DNA from: an uncultured delta proteobacterium
Lineage (GTDB): Bacteria > Desulfobacterota > RBG-13-43-22
Length of the DNA stretch: 64,000 bases
Assembly: GCA_963790475.1 (NCBI GenBank)
Contig: CAWBOS010000012.1
Span: 32,001-96,000 of the forward strand
Direction: 5' to 3'
In this document: piece after piece, positions 10,053-20,615 of the stretch
Layout of the letters: each line of letters opens with the position of its first letter
Position numbering within the stretch: the stretch's first letter is position 1
Notes under the pieces: model-generated
Databases searched by the model: none
Told to the model about the DNA's origin: nothing
The model's input: only the letters and a program-made list of their open reading frames with translations
Program-made: the position numbers and the translations under genes

Positions 10053-11975
10053 ATGAAACGAAAAATATATCTTCACCTGAAATCACTGGAAGAAGCCCGG
10101 GAAATATTTTTGAATTGTCTGGACTACAGCCGAATGTTGGCCGGAGAACGGATCTCCACCTCCGAGGGTCTGGGACGGATTCTGGCTGAACCGGTCTTTG
10201 CCCGCTTTTCTTCGCCGAACTTTCATGCGGCGGCCATGGACGGCATCGCCCTTTTGGCTGATGACACCTTCGGGACAACGGTCGATCACCCCAAACAATT
10301 CCGGATCGGAAAACAGGCTTTTTGGATCAATACCGGTCAGCCCATCCCTGAGGAAACCAACGCGATCATTATGGTCGAACAGGTAAATATGGTCGAAGAG
10401 GATCTGGCTGAAATTGAAGCGGCCGCCTTTCCCTGGCAGTATGTGCGAAAAATGGGAGAAGACCTGGTGGCCACCGAACTCCTGCTGCCCCAGGGACACC
10501 GCGTCACCGCCTATGATTTGGGGGCCTTGATCGCCGGAGGCATTTTTGAGATTCCGGTGATCCAAAAACCCAAGGTGGTCCTGATCCCCACCGGATCGGA
10601 ACTGATAGAATGGGAAGGGACGGACCTGTCAGCCCTGCCCCCCGGCAAGGTCCCTGAATATAATACCCTGATCCTTTCCGCGTTGGTACGTGAATGCGGG
10701 GGAGAGCCGGCTCGTTGGCCCATCGTCCGGGACAAGAAAGAATTGATCCAGGAAGCTTTGGCCAAGGCGGCAGCCTCCGATTGTCAAATGGTTATCATCA
10801 ACGCCGGTTCTTCTTCCGGCAGCGAGGATTACAGCGTTACGGCCATTGAAAGCCTGGGGAAAGTCCTGGTCCATGGTGTGACCATCATGCCCGGAAAACC
10901 CACCATATTGGGGACCATTCAAGACAAACCGGTTATCGGAAATCCCGGTTATCCGGTTTCAGCCACCATCTCTTTTGAACAATTCGCCCGACCGGCGCTT
11001 TACAAAATGCAAGGCATTCTACCGCCGGAGCGAAAAACCATGTCGGTCTATCCGGCCCGTTCTTTCCCTTCCAAACTGGGCCAGGAGGAATTCCTACGGG
11101 TTAACCTGGGCCGGGTGGGGGATAAAATCATTGCCAACCCTCTGCCCCGCGGTGCCGGGACCATCACTTCTTTGACCCGGGCCGATGGGATGATTCGCAT
11201 CCCCACGAATTCGGAAGGGATCAACCTGGAGGAGCCGGTTCAGGCCGAACTCCTGCGAGAAGAATCGGTCCTGTCCCGCACGGTGGTCATTGTCGGCAGT
11301 CATGACAATACGCTGGACCTCCTGGGAAATTTTTTGACCCAGCATTATCCGGAGTTTCGTTTGACTTCCAGCAATGTGGGCAGTACCGGAGGCTTAATGG
11401 CCCTCAAGCGGGGAATCGCCCATCTGGCCGGCTCTCATCTCCTCGATCCGGAAACCGGGGGATATAATGTCAGCTATATTCGGCGGCTGATTCCTGAAGT
11501 ACCGGTCAAAGGGGTCAATTTAGTGCTGCGTCAGCAGGGGTTGATCCTGGCCAAAGGAAATCCTAAAAAGATTAACGGCCTGCGAGATCTGGCCCGAAAA
11601 GATCTGGCCTTTATCAACCGCCAGGCCGGATCCGGGACCCGTATACTCTTGGATTTCCGTTTAAAGAAATTGGGCATTGATCCGGCACTTATTAACGGTT
11701 ATGATGAGGAAGAGTTCACTCACATGGCCGTGGCTGTGGCCGTATTAAGCGGCCGGGCCGATGTGGGCTTAGGGATTTATGCCGCGGCCCGGGCTCTGGA
11801 TCTGGATTTCATCCCAGTGGTTCAGGAGGAATACGACCTGGTCATTCCAGATAAATTCTTTGAAGAAGAAAAGATCCAGGCCTTGTTATCCGTCATCCGT
11901 TCGAATGATTTTAAGGAGGCCGTAAAGTCCCTGGGGGGCTATGACCTTTCCCTGACCGGACAAACCGTTTTTTGA
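10053..11975 (+). CDS. moeA: MoeA fused to a periplasmic-binding-protein-like domain (molybdopterin biosynthesis protein)
   Basis: MoeA motifs (AAMDGIA, PTGSE, PGKPT, PGYP) plus a C-terminal domain with GSHD, INRQAGSGTR and EEYDL. Confidence 0.9.
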   Translation: MKRKIYLHLKSLEEAREIFLNCLDYSRMLAGERISTSEGLGRILAEPVFARFSSPNFHAAAMDGIALLADDTFGTTVDHPKQFRIGKQAFWINTGQPIPEETNAIIMVEQVNMVEEDLAEIEAAAFPWQYVRKMGEDLVATELLLPQGHRVTAYDLGALIAGGIFEIPVIQKPKVVLIPTGSELIEWEGTDLSALPPGKVPEYNTLILSALVRECGGEPARWPIVRDKKELIQEALAKAAASDCQMVIINAGSSSGSEDYSVTAIESLGKVLVHGVTIMPGKPTILGTIQDKPVIGNPGYPVSATISFEQFARPALYKMQGILPPERKTMSVYPARSFPSKLGQEEFLRVNLGRVGDKIIANPLPRGAGTITSLTRADGMIRIPTNSEGINLEEPVQAELLREESVLSRTVVIVGSHDNTLDLLGNFLTQHYPEFRLTSSNVGSTGGLMALKRGIAHLAGSHLLDPETGGYNVSYIRRLIPEVPVKGVNLVLRQQGLILAKGNPKKINGLRDLARKDLAFINRQAGSGTRILLDFRLKKLGIDPALINGYDEEEFTHMAVAVAVLSGRADVGLGIYAAARALDLDFIPVVQEEYDLVIPDKFFEEEKIQALLSVIRSNDFKEAVKSLGGYDLSLTGQTVF

Positions 11976-12033
11976 TTCCCAGACCTCCATCGAGGCCATC
12001 CCCATATAAGAAATGGGCAGAAAGGATATGTAA

Positions 12034-12882
12034 ATGGAAGCAAAGGAAGTAATCCAGATTATTGATGACTTCATACGAACCTCTCCGGAAAATTCGTTGA
12101 AAAACGAGGCCAATGAACCGGCCTGGGATGAGGCCTTGATCGGCTTCTCTTCCGGCGCCGATCCTGTTTACCAAAGTTACAAGGAACATGTTGGCCCTTT
12201 TCACTTCCTCCCTGAGGAAATTTTCAATTTGATCTTTCCGGATTCACCGGCAAAGCCCCAGGAGTTGACTATAATCAGTTGGATCCTGCCCCAGCGGGAG
12301 GTCACCAAGGCCGACAACCGCGCAGAGGACTTCTATCCCTCAGAACGATGGGTAAGGGCCCGTTTTCCGGGAGAGGATTTCAACATCCTGCTGCGGAAGC
12401 ATGTCGTTGAGGAACTGGGTAAAAAAGGGATTCAAGCCGTGGCCCCGGTCCTGTCCCCGGAATGGAAGATGGTGGTGTCGCCTAAGTTCGGCCTGGCATC
12501 GCGCTGGTCCGAACGCCATGCGGCCCATGCCTCGGGCCTGGGGACCTTCGGGCTTTGCGACGGCCTGATCACACCCAAAGGCAAGGCCCACCGGGTGGGG
12601 ACCGTCGTCGCCCGTCTTGAGATTCCTCCTACCCCCCGGCCTTATAAAGACCATCAGGAATATTGTCTTTTCTTCTCCAAGGGGGGTTGTATGGTCTGCG
12701 CCGAACGCTGTCCGGTCGGGGCCATCACCGAAGCCGGACACGATAAGAAATTGTGTTGGGATCATGCCGGCGGCACATGCGGAAAATACGTCAAGGAAAA
12801 ATTCGGATTTGCCGGTTACGGCTGTGGCTTGTGCCAGACCGATGTGCCCTGCGAGAGCGGCATACCGGAGAATCAGAGTTGA
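12034..12882 (+). CDS. Epoxyqueuosine reductase (QueG)-like 4Fe-4S protein
   Basis: WSERHAAHASGLGTFG, CMVCAERCPVGAI, GCGLCQTDVPC. Confidence 0.75.
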   Translation: MEAKEVIQIIDDFIRTSPENSLKNEANEPAWDEALIGFSSGADPVYQSYKEHVGPFHFLPEEIFNLIFPDSPAKPQELTIISWILPQREVTKADNRAEDFYPSERWVRARFPGEDFNILLRKHVVEELGKKGIQAVAPVLSPEWKMVVSPKFGLASRWSERHAAHASGLGTFGLCDGLITPKGKAHRVGTVVARLEIPPTPRPYKDHQEYCLFFSKGGCMVCAERCPVGAITEAGHDKKLCWDHAGGTCGKYVKEKFGFAGYGCGLCQTDVPCESGIPENQS

Positions 12883-13167
12883 AGGGATAACCTCGCTGAG
12901 TATAAACATATGGAGTGACGGCTCGTATATCCGGAACTCTATTTTTCCCTTCCTAAAATAAAGGTCTTTACCAAGCCAGCACAGTGGCCATCGAATGGTT
13001 TAAGACCTATCTGGCCGGGAATTGAGAGCAGGAGAGAGGATCGTGAGGAGGACCTAAGCCTATCCGCTATCCCCCGTCACCCTAAAGCGGATCAACGACT
13101 AACCCTTTTTTACCTTGACCCTTTTTCTTCCCTAATTTATACTTCTTCCATCATAAAGGAATATATC

Positions 13168-13752
13168 ATGTCTCATAAAATCCTTCTTGTAGATGATGAA
13201 CCTCACGTCACCGAAGCGTTGAAGCGGACTCTTCATAAGGAGCCTTACGAGATCTTGAGTGCCAATTCCGCCAATGAGGCCCTTCAGATTCTGGCCCGCG
13301 AGCCCGTGTCCGTGGTCATCAGCGATGAAAGGATGCCGGGCATGCCGGGGGCCGAGTTTCTGGCTCTTGTCTACCGGGATTATCCGGAAACCATTCGGAT
13401 CATGCTGACCGGGCATGCCAACCTCGACTTGGCCCTGCGGGCCATCAACGAGGGACAAATTTATCGTTTTTTATTGAAGCCCTGCAACGAACAGGAAATC
13501 CGCATTACCCTTCGCCAGGCGATTCAACAAAAAGAGCTGGCAGAAAAGAGCCGGCAGCTTTTACAAAAGGTCAAACAGCAGGACTTGGTCCTGAATCATC
13601 TGGAAAAGGACCATCCCGGAATTACTAAAGTGGAGAGAGATTCCACCGGGACCATCGTTATTGACGACTTTGGGTTTGATTTGGATAGGCTTATCCAGGA
13701 AATTAAAGAAGAATTGTCTGAGCCGATGCCGGTGTCTAATACTCGGCAGTAG
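13168..13752 (+). CDS. Response regulator (REC + coiled coil)
   Basis: LVDDE, SDERMPGMPG, MLTG, LKP. Confidence 0.9.
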   Translation: MSHKILLVDDEPHVTEALKRTLHKEPYEILSANSANEALQILAREPVSVVISDERMPGMPGAEFLALVYRDYPETIRIMLTGHANLDLALRAINEGQIYRFLLKPCNEQEIRITLRQAIQQKELAEKSRQLLQKVKQQDLVLNHLEKDHPGITKVERDSTGTIVIDDFGFDLDRLIQEIKEELSEPMPVSNTRQ

Positions 13753-13987
13753 TCCTGTATCCCTTTAAGCACAACGCCTCTGGTAAACTTTTGGCGGGCG
13801 TTGTTGCAGCAAAGGTCTTGCCTATAACCTCTTTAAATACCTAAAGTTTTTATTTCGCATCATGGACCTAAGACTGATTCCACCCTTTAAAAAATTCCTG
13901 ACAATTCAATGAAGCTCTTTTTTTTCTTGACAAAGAAAGGCTTATCGACTTAAATATAAGCCATTAACGGGAACTCAAAACAAAAAA

Positions 13988-14083
13988 ATGGGTAGCAAAT
14001 TGTTCAATTTCAGTTCCAAATTTTGGTTTTATTTTTATTATTACTACTTCCTACCGGTCTGCCCATCGCTTAGGAGTTCATAG
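13988..14083 (+). CDS. Aromatic-amino-acid attenuator leader peptide (31 aa)
   Basis: MGSKLFNFSSKFWFYFYYYYFLPVCPSLRSS*, with 10 consecutive aromatic codons; TTGACA at 13927-13932 upstream; not in the ORF track. Confidence 0.88.
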   Translation: MGSKLFNFSSKFWFYFYYYYFLPVCPSLRSS

Positions 14084-14109
14084 AGAAACTTAAAAAAAGA
14101 AAGAAATCA

Positions 14110-14161
14110 AAAAAAGCCATGGGGAGACAGAAAGAGTGCTCCCCATGGCTTTTTTATTTTT
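14110..14161 (+). terminator. Attenuator terminator of the aro operon
   Basis: AAAAAAGCCATGGGGAG / CTCCCCATGGCTTTTTT stem plus T-tract; the 5' arm can alternatively pair with 14057-14071. Confidence 0.9.
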
Positions 14162-14220
14162 GAGAGTTGGCCAAGCCGTGAGCACCGACATCGGCCCTGT
14201 GTCTAAGGAAGGAGTTACCA

Positions 14221-15250
14221 ATGGTGATCGTAATGAAAAAACAGGCTACAGACGAAGAGATAAACAATGTCATCCAATGGATAGAATCCGTGGGCTACCA
14301 GACCCACCCCTCAAGGGGAGTTGCCCAAACCATCATCGGTGTGGTAGGCGACGACCGAGGGAAGGAGCAATTGAAGTCGGTAGAGTATCTGCCCGGGGTG
14401 GAAAAAGCCGTTAGAATTCTGAAGCCCTATAAGCTGGCCAGCAGAGAGGCTAAAACAGGAGACACCATCGTCCGGGTCGGGGATATACAAATCGGCGGTC
14501 CGGAATTTATCGTCATGGCCGGCCCCTGCTCTATCGAGAGTGATGAACAACTCATGGAGAGCGCCTATATTATAAAAAAAGGAGGCGCTCATATCCTGAG
14601 AGGCGGGGCCTACAAACCCCGGACTTCACCCTATAGTTTTCAAGGTCTGGAAGAAGAGGGGCTGAGGATGTTGAAAAAGGTCAGGGATAAAATGGGGACT
14701 CCCGGTGGTCACCGAGGTCATGAATACCACAGAGGTGGAGCTGGTCGAAGAAAACTGCGATATCTTGCAGATCGGGACTCGGAATGTCCAAAATTTTCCT
14801 CTCTTAAAAAAAGTAGGCCAGACCCGAAAGCCGGTCCTTTTAAAGAGGGGCATGATGACTACCATCGAAGAGCTCCTGATGTCCGCCGAATACATTCTTT
14901 CCGAGGGAAACAATCAAGTCATCCTCTGCGAACGGGGGATCCGAACCTTTGAAACCGCCACCCGCAATACCCTGGATTTGAGCGCCGTCCCGGTATTAAA
15001 GGAATTGACACACCTTCCGGTGATTGTCGACCCCAGCCATGCCACCGGCCATTGGAAGTATGTCCTGCCCTTATCCAAAGCCGCCATGGCCGTGGGTGCC
15101 GACGGGTTAATTATTGAAGTCCATCCCCAGCCGGAAAAGGCCCTCTGTGACGGGGCACAATCTTTAAAACCGGAAAAGTTTTACCAATTGATGGAGGAAT
15201 TAAGGATGCTCCAGGGAGTTTTAAGAAAAGAAACAGGAGTCCGGCAATGA
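14221..15250 (+). CDS. aroF: DAHP synthase class I-beta with N-terminal regulatory domain; frameshift near 14695
   Basis: AGPCSIE and [15 protein letters not shown] in one frame; [10 protein letters not shown] and DPSHATG in the next. One extra G in ATGGGGACT explains the shift. Confidence 0.9.
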
Positions 15251-16341
15251 ATCAGATCAAAGTCCAATTGGATTCTCAAATTTCTCATTCTTATAAAATT
15301 CATATCGGCCGGGATATTATCGATCGCGTCGGGGTCCTTTTAAATAAAGGGAATTGGATTAATCGCTATGTCATTATCACCGATTCCCGAGTTAATACTC
15401 TGCACGGGAAAAGGGTATTGGATAGCTTAAGACAGATGGATTTAAAAATTGATTTGATCAGTTTTCCTGCCGGGGAGCCCTCTAAAAATATTCAGACCTG
15501 CCTCCAGTTGGTGGAAAAGCTTATTGCCCTGGGTGTTGACCGGCATACGGCCCTGATTGCCCTGGGAGGAGGGGTGACCGGGGATATGACGGGGTTTATT
15601 GCCTCCATTTATATGAGAGGCCTGCCTTTTTTTCAGCTACCCACGACCCTGATGGCCCAGGTGGACAGCAGCATTGGCGGCAAAACCGGGATTGATATAC
15701 CGGCCGGGAAAAATCTCTTGGGGACCTTCTATCAGCCCCAGGCCGTTTTTATCGACCTGACTTTTCTCCAGACCTTGCCGGACTCTGAATTCAACAACGG
15801 CCTTTCTGAAATCCTGAAACACGGGATCATCGAAGACCCCCAGCTCTTAACCTCCCTTGAGGAAGAGACCCAGGCTGTGCGGAAAAGGGATTTTAAGCTG
15901 CTGGAAAAGATCATCACCAAATCCTGCCGGATCAAAAAAAGAATCGTGGAAATGGACGAGAAGGAAGGGGGCCTGCGCCGCATTCTCAACTTTGGCCATA
16001 CCCTCGGGCATGCCCTGGAATCCGAATCGGGTTATGCCCTCTCTCATGGCCAGGCGGTGGCCATCGGTATGGTCTATGCCGCTACCCTGTCTGAAAAACT
16101 AAATTATTTGCCATCGACGGACCGGGAGCGGATAGAATCCCTAATCAAGGCCTTCGAACTGCCTCATCGCATCCCCAAGGACCTGGAAACGAAAGCCCTG
16201 ATGTCACGACTGACGAAAGACAAGAAAAAAGAAGGGTCACATATTCCCTTCATCCTGTTGAAAAAGATCGGACTCCCTTTCATTAACGGAGACATATCCA
16301 AAACCGTTATCTGGGAAACCGTTGAGGCCCTGAAAGCATGA
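15247..16341 (+). CDS. aroB: 3-dehydroquinate synthase
   Basis: [36 protein letters not shown]. Confidence 0.96.
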   Translation: MNQIKVQLDSQISHSYKIHIGRDIIDRVGVLLNKGNWINRYVIITDSRVNTLHGKRVLDSLRQMDLKIDLISFPAGEPSKNIQTCLQLVEKLIALGVDRHTALIALGGGVTGDMTGFIASIYMRGLPFFQLPTTLMAQVDSSIGGKTGIDIPAGKNLLGTFYQPQAVFIDLTFLQTLPDSEFNNGLSEILKHGIIEDPQLLTSLEEETQAVRKRDFKLLEKIITKSCRIKKRIVEMDEKEGGLRRILNFGHTLGHALESESGYALSHGQAVAIGMVYAATLSEKLNYLPSTDRERIESLIKAFELPHRIPKDLETKALMSRLTKDKKKEGSHIPFILLKKIGLPFINGDISKTVIWETVEALKA

Positions 16342-17417
16342 TAAAGAATTCCATAAAAAAATTAAGAGAAGCCTTAAGAACAAAAGACCAGGAAATTGTT
16401 TCTCTTCTCAATGAACGGGCCGCATTGGCCCTTGAGGTGGGGCGGATTAAGAATGAGAACGGCCGGGAGGTCTATGATCCTTCTCGGGAAAGCCTGGTTT
16501 ATCAGTATCTATCCCAGATCAGCCAGGGACCTCTGCCCGATAAGGCGTTGCGGGATATCTACCGTGAGATTATCTCCGCCTCGCGAGCGCTTCAGGGACC
16601 TATTACCGTGGCCTATTTTGGTCCGGAGGCCTCTTTTACCCACTTGGCCGCCCTGGCCCATTTCGGCCAATCGGCGAGACTTTCACCGCAAACGACTATC
16701 GCCCTGGTCTTTGAACAAGCCGAAAGAGAGAGAAGTGCCTATGGCGTGGTGCCCATTGAAAATTCCGGTGAGGGATCGGTTAAACCAACTTTGGACCGTT
16801 TGATTTCCACCCCTCTTTCTATCCGGGCCGAGGTTTTTTTGAGGATTTCTCATTATCTTCTGGCTTCCCCTGAAAAGATGAAGAAGATCAAAAGGGTCTA
16901 CTCCCATCCCCAGGCCCTCGCTCAATGTCAGGGTTGGCTGGAGAAAAACTATCCTAAGTCCACCTTGCTGAAAGTAGAAAATACGGCCGAAGCTGCCAAA
17001 AAAGTTTTAGAGGACCGAGAGGGAGCGGCCATAGGCAGCTTGCAGGCCGCCCAATTGTATGGACTTAAAATCCTGGCCGACCGGATTGAGGATCACCCTT
17101 TAAACACCACCCGATTCCTCATCCTGGGCAAAGATCAAAGTGAACCTACCGGAAAGGACAAGACCTCCATCCTCTTTGGGACCACCCATGTGCCCGGGGC
17201 CTTGCTTCAGGCCCTGGAACCCTTTGCCCAGGAGGGGCTTAATCTCCTCAAGATTGAGTCCTATCCCTGGCCGGATCGGATGTGGGAATATCTCTTCTTC
17301 GTTGATTTCGCCGGACATAAAGAGGATGAGAAAGTCCAAAGCTGTTTAAAAAAAATCGGCCAGGTTACCCATTATGTCAAAGTCATGGGGTCTTATCCCC
17401 GGGGAGAAACACCTTGA
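16338..17417 (+). CDS. pheA: Chorismate mutase / prephenate dehydratase
   Basis: N-terminal AroQ domain; VPIENS, SHPQALAQC, NTTRF; C-terminal ACT domain. Confidence 0.95.
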   Translation: MIKNSIKKLREALRTKDQEIVSLLNERAALALEVGRIKNENGREVYDPSRESLVYQYLSQISQGPLPDKALRDIYREIISASRALQGPITVAYFGPEASFTHLAALAHFGQSARLSPQTTIALVFEQAERERSAYGVVPIENSGEGSVKPTLDRLISTPLSIRAEVFLRISHYLLASPEKMKKIKRVYSHPQALAQCQGWLEKNYPKSTLLKVENTAEAAKKVLEDREGAAIGSLQAAQLYGLKILADRIEDHPLNTTRFLILGKDQSEPTGKDKTSILFGTTHVPGALLQALEPFAQEGLNLLKIESYPWPDRMWEYLFFVDFAGHKEDEKVQSCLKKIGQVTHYVKVMGSYPRGETP

Positions 17418-18109
17418 GGATCTGTGTTCCCATTACCTCCACCACGACAGCCGAGGCCTTACACAAGATGGAGGAAGGCTTTGGTCTGGCAGATATTTTA
17501 GAACTGAGGATCGATGGAATCCGAAAAGTTGATTTAGAAAAATTACTGGCTGGCCGCAAAGGGGAACTCATAGTCACCAACCGGGTCAAAGAAGAGGGTG
17601 GGGCTTTTATTGGTGGAGAAAATGAACGGGTGGCCCTTCTAACCAAGGCCGTGGCCCTGGGGAGCGAATACGTGGATCTGGAAATCAGGACCGAAGAAGC
17701 CCTGGTTTTAAAATTGAAGAAAAAAATCGAAGCTTATCAGAGGAAATCCCGATTGATCCTTTCCTATCATAATCTGGAAAGGACACCAAGCCTTAAAGAT
17801 TTAAGAAAGAAAATAGAAGAAGGACACAGGGCCGGAGCGGATATCATCAAGATTGTCCCCCAGGCCCGACAGATGGAAGACAATCTCAAGGTCCTATCCC
17901 TCATCCCCTATGCCCAAAGAAAAGGTCTGCAAATTATAGCCTTTTGCATGGGGGGCCCGGGAAAGATCAGTCGGATCATGGCCCCGCTCCTGGGTTCTTA
18001 TCTGAGTTACGCTTCGTTAACGAAGGGGGAGGAGTCGGCCCCGGGGCAAATGACGATTGGGGAGATCAAAAAGGTTTTCAAAATACTGAATGTTCCGGTG
18101 AGAAAATAA
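17414..18109 (+). CDS. aroD: Type I 3-dehydroquinate dehydratase
   Basis: ELRID, EGG, SYHN, KI, MG..GKISR, SAPGQ. Confidence 0.93.
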   Translation: MRICVPITSTTTAEALHKMEEGFGLADILELRIDGIRKVDLEKLLAGRKGELIVTNRVKEEGGAFIGGENERVALLTKAVALGSEYVDLEIRTEEALVLKLKKKIEAYQRKSRLILSYHNLERTPSLKDLRKKIEEGHRAGADIIKIVPQARQMEDNLKVLSLIPYAQRKGLQIIAFCMGGPGKISRIMAPLLGSYLSYASLTKGEESAPGQMTIGEIKKVFKILNVPVRK

Positions 18110-18113
18110 AAAA

Positions 18114-18196
18114 ACGGTTACGGGTTACGCGTTTCGAGTTAGAAGAAAGAGTCTTTTGAGTTATCAATCCACAACCCGTAACTGGCAACCCGCAAC
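18114..18196. repeat. Inverted heptamer-repeat hairpin
   Basis: ACGGGTT/ACGCGTT/TCGAGTT units opposite AACCCGT/AACTGGC/AACCCGC units. Confidence 0.65.
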
Positions 18197-18216
18197 AAGA
18201 AAAGAGAAACAAAGGA

Positions 18217-19044
18217 ATGATGTCTTCATCGGATATAAAAATATTCGCCGTTTTCGGAAACCCAATCGCCCACAGTCTTTCACCGCTGATGCATCAGGCC
18301 GCGTTAGACCGATTGGGTCTCAAGGCCCGCTATGTTCCCTTTTGCGTGAAAGACATCGGAAAGGCCGTGGACGGAATCCGGGGCCTGGACATTCAGGGGG
18401 TAAGTGTGACCCTGCCTTTCAAAACGGAGGTCATGAAATATCTGGACGAAGTTGAGGAAAATGCCATTCGGATCGGGGCCGTCAATACCATCCGGAATCA
18501 TCAGGGAAGGTTATGGGATACAATACCGACTGGCTTGGTTTTGTCCTTTCCTTGAAAGAGGGCCTGGAAATCAGAGGGAAAAGATTTGCCGTCCTCGGGG
18601 CCGGGGGTGCGGCCAGAGGCGTTGTTTACGGCCTGATTCAGGAAGGGGCGCTGCCGATTATCCTTAACCGGACCCTTTCCAAAGCAGAGGCCCTGGGAGA
18701 GGAATTCGGCTGCCCATTTTTTCCTTTATCCGAAAAGAAAAAAATTGAAGCGGACTGCCTGATCAATACTACCTCTCTCGGTATGGCCCCGGAGCAAGGG
18801 ATGTCCCCTTTCCCAAAGGGACTTCTTAACCGGTTCCCTTGGGTAGTGGATATCATTTATAATCCCTTACAAACAAAACTACTGAAAGAGGCCGCGGAAG
18901 CAGGATGTAAAACCCTTTCCGGGCTGGGGATGTTTGTTCAGTCAGGGGGCCGAGCAATTGAAGATCTGGACCGGTCTGGAACCCCCCCGGGACTACATGA
19001 AAGAGGTGGTTGCCTCGAAGCTCAAAGAATATGATCGAGATTAA
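18217..19044 (+). CDS. aroE: Shikimate dehydrogenase; two apparent frameshifts (~18513, ~18940)
   Basis: GNPIAHSLSPLMH, SVTLPFK, GAVNT | GYNTD, GAGGAAR, DIIYNP | QGAEQLKIWTG found in three successive frames. Confidence 0.88.
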
Positions 19045-20293
19045 ACCCCTAGGTCAGATCAAGGCCCGGGTCACCATGCCCGGCTCTAAAAGTTACACTC
19101 AGAGGGCCATGATCATGGCCTCCCTGGCCAAAGGAGACTCCCGTCTGCAAGGCCCCCTTATTTCCGAAGATACCGGTTATCTGGCCGAGGCCCTTCGTCT
19201 GCTTGGGGCAAATATGGAGGTCCAAAACGGAGACCTGCTGGTCCAGGGAACTGCAGGGCGAATCAACAATCCACAAAAAGCAATCTATCTGGGGAACAAT
19301 GGCACAGCCCTGCGTTTACTGACCACCGTGGTCTGTCTGGGAAAAGGAGAATTTCTCCTTACCGGTGCCCCCCGTCTTTTGGAAAGACCGGTTCAGCCTT
19401 TGCTGGAGGCCCTGAAGACTCTGGGAGTGAAAGCCATTAGCAAAGGTCAACCTGGATTTCCTCCGGTCCTTATCGAGGCCGATGGTCTTCAAGGCGGCAA
19501 GGTCATTTTGAAAAACATTGAAAGCAGTCAGTATATCTCCTCTCTTTTAATTTCCGCCCCTATGGCCAGGGACGATTTTGCCTTGGAGCTTGAAGGAGCT
19601 ATCCCTTCCCTGCCCTATGTGGAGATGACAATCGCTTTGATGAAACAATTTGGAGTGAAGGTTTCCAGAGAAAATACAACCCGTTTTTTTATAAAAAGCC
19701 GTCAAAAATACCAGGGTATTGATTGCCGGATCGAAGGCGATGTCTCCAGTGCCTCTTACTTTTTTTTAGCCGCCGCCTTGTGCCGGGGGACGATAAAGGT
19801 TCAGCCCATACCCTCCGAAACCCTTCAGGGAGACATCCGCTTTCTCAAGGTCCTGGAAGCGCTCGGATGTACTGTTGTCCGAGGAGATCATTGGGTGGAG
19901 GTTACAGGGAAAAAACTGATTTCAGGAGAATTCGTCTTTGACCTTGGCGATATGCCCGATATGGTCCCTACCCTGGCTATCTTGGCGGCCTGCCGTCCCG
20001 GACGTACGATCATTAAAAATGTCGCCCATCTCAGAATAAAGGAAAGCAACCGTCTGGAGGCCCTGATTCGGGAATTGACCAAAACCGGGATCAAGGCCGA
20101 AGAAACCGAAGACGGTCTAAAAATTGAAGGGGGTAAACCTCAAGGGGCGGAAATCGATACCTATAATGATCACCGGATAGCTATGAGTTTTGCAGTTCTG
20201 GGATTGGTTGTTCCGGGTATTAAAATCAAGGACCCGGATTGTGTAAAGAAATCCTTCCCCGGATTTTGGGAAGAATTGAAGAAACTCTATTAG
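19031..20293 (+). CDS. aroA: EPSP synthase
   Basis: PGSKS, GNNGTALR, SSQYIS, KESNR, DHRIAM, KSFP. Confidence 0.96.
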   Translation: MIEIKPLGQIKARVTMPGSKSYTQRAMIMASLAKGDSRLQGPLISEDTGYLAEALRLLGANMEVQNGDLLVQGTAGRINNPQKAIYLGNNGTALRLLTTVVCLGKGEFLLTGAPRLLERPVQPLLEALKTLGVKAISKGQPGFPPVLIEADGLQGGKVILKNIESSQYISSLLISAPMARDDFALELEGAIPSLPYVEMTIALMKQFGVKVSRENTTRFFIKSRQKYQGIDCRIEGDVSSASYFFLAAALCRGTIKVQPIPSETLQGDIRFLKVLEALGCTVVRGDHWVEVTGKKLISGEFVFDLGDMPDMVPTLAILAACRPGRTIIKNVAHLRIKESNRLEALIRELTKTGIKAEETEDGLKIEGGKPQGAEIDTYNDHRIAMSFAVLGLVVPGIKIKDPDCVKKSFPGFWEELKKLY

Positions 20294-20325
20294 CTTCTAG
20301 CCAAAGATATTTGAAATTTTGAAAG

Positions 20326-20540
20326 GTCCAAGGGGGTCTTATTTTTGGGGGTTGTCCTAAGGGTAACTTATCGCCCTATCCCGGCCCGTCCGGCAAAGTT
20401 TGATTCGAGGCAGGGCCTAAACCTTAGCTTGTTGCGGACATAGGTGAAGGCCTGCTACTGATTTAGTTAAAATATTTGGCCTGGCCCTGAAGCTCATGGC
20501 TTCAGGGTGGACAACCCCCAAAAATAAGACCCCCTTGGAC
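20326..20540. mobile_element. 215-bp element bounded by perfect 32-bp inverted repeats (MITE or invertible segment)
   Basis: GTCCAAGGGGGTCTTATTTTTGGGGGTTGTCC at 20326-20357 and its exact reverse complement at 20509-20540. Confidence 0.7.
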
Positions 20541-20615
20541 AGGAGACGCCACGAATCATGAAAATAGGTTTCGACGAACGATGAACGACGAACAACGAAG
20601 GTTATTTTCGTATTA

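Noticed and set aside
14136-14414. Track ORF as the aro leader peptide
   Set aside because: It starts inside the terminator and overlaps aroF out of frame; the credible leader is 13988-14083.
14690-14705. Programmed frameshift in aroF
   Set aside because: No canonical slippery heptamer, and similar indels occur throughout the window.
20358-20508. 6S RNA or IS200/IS605-type end within the inverted repeats
   Set aside because: Only one hairpin is suggestive; there is no convincing central-bubble pairing and no associated tnpA/tnpB.
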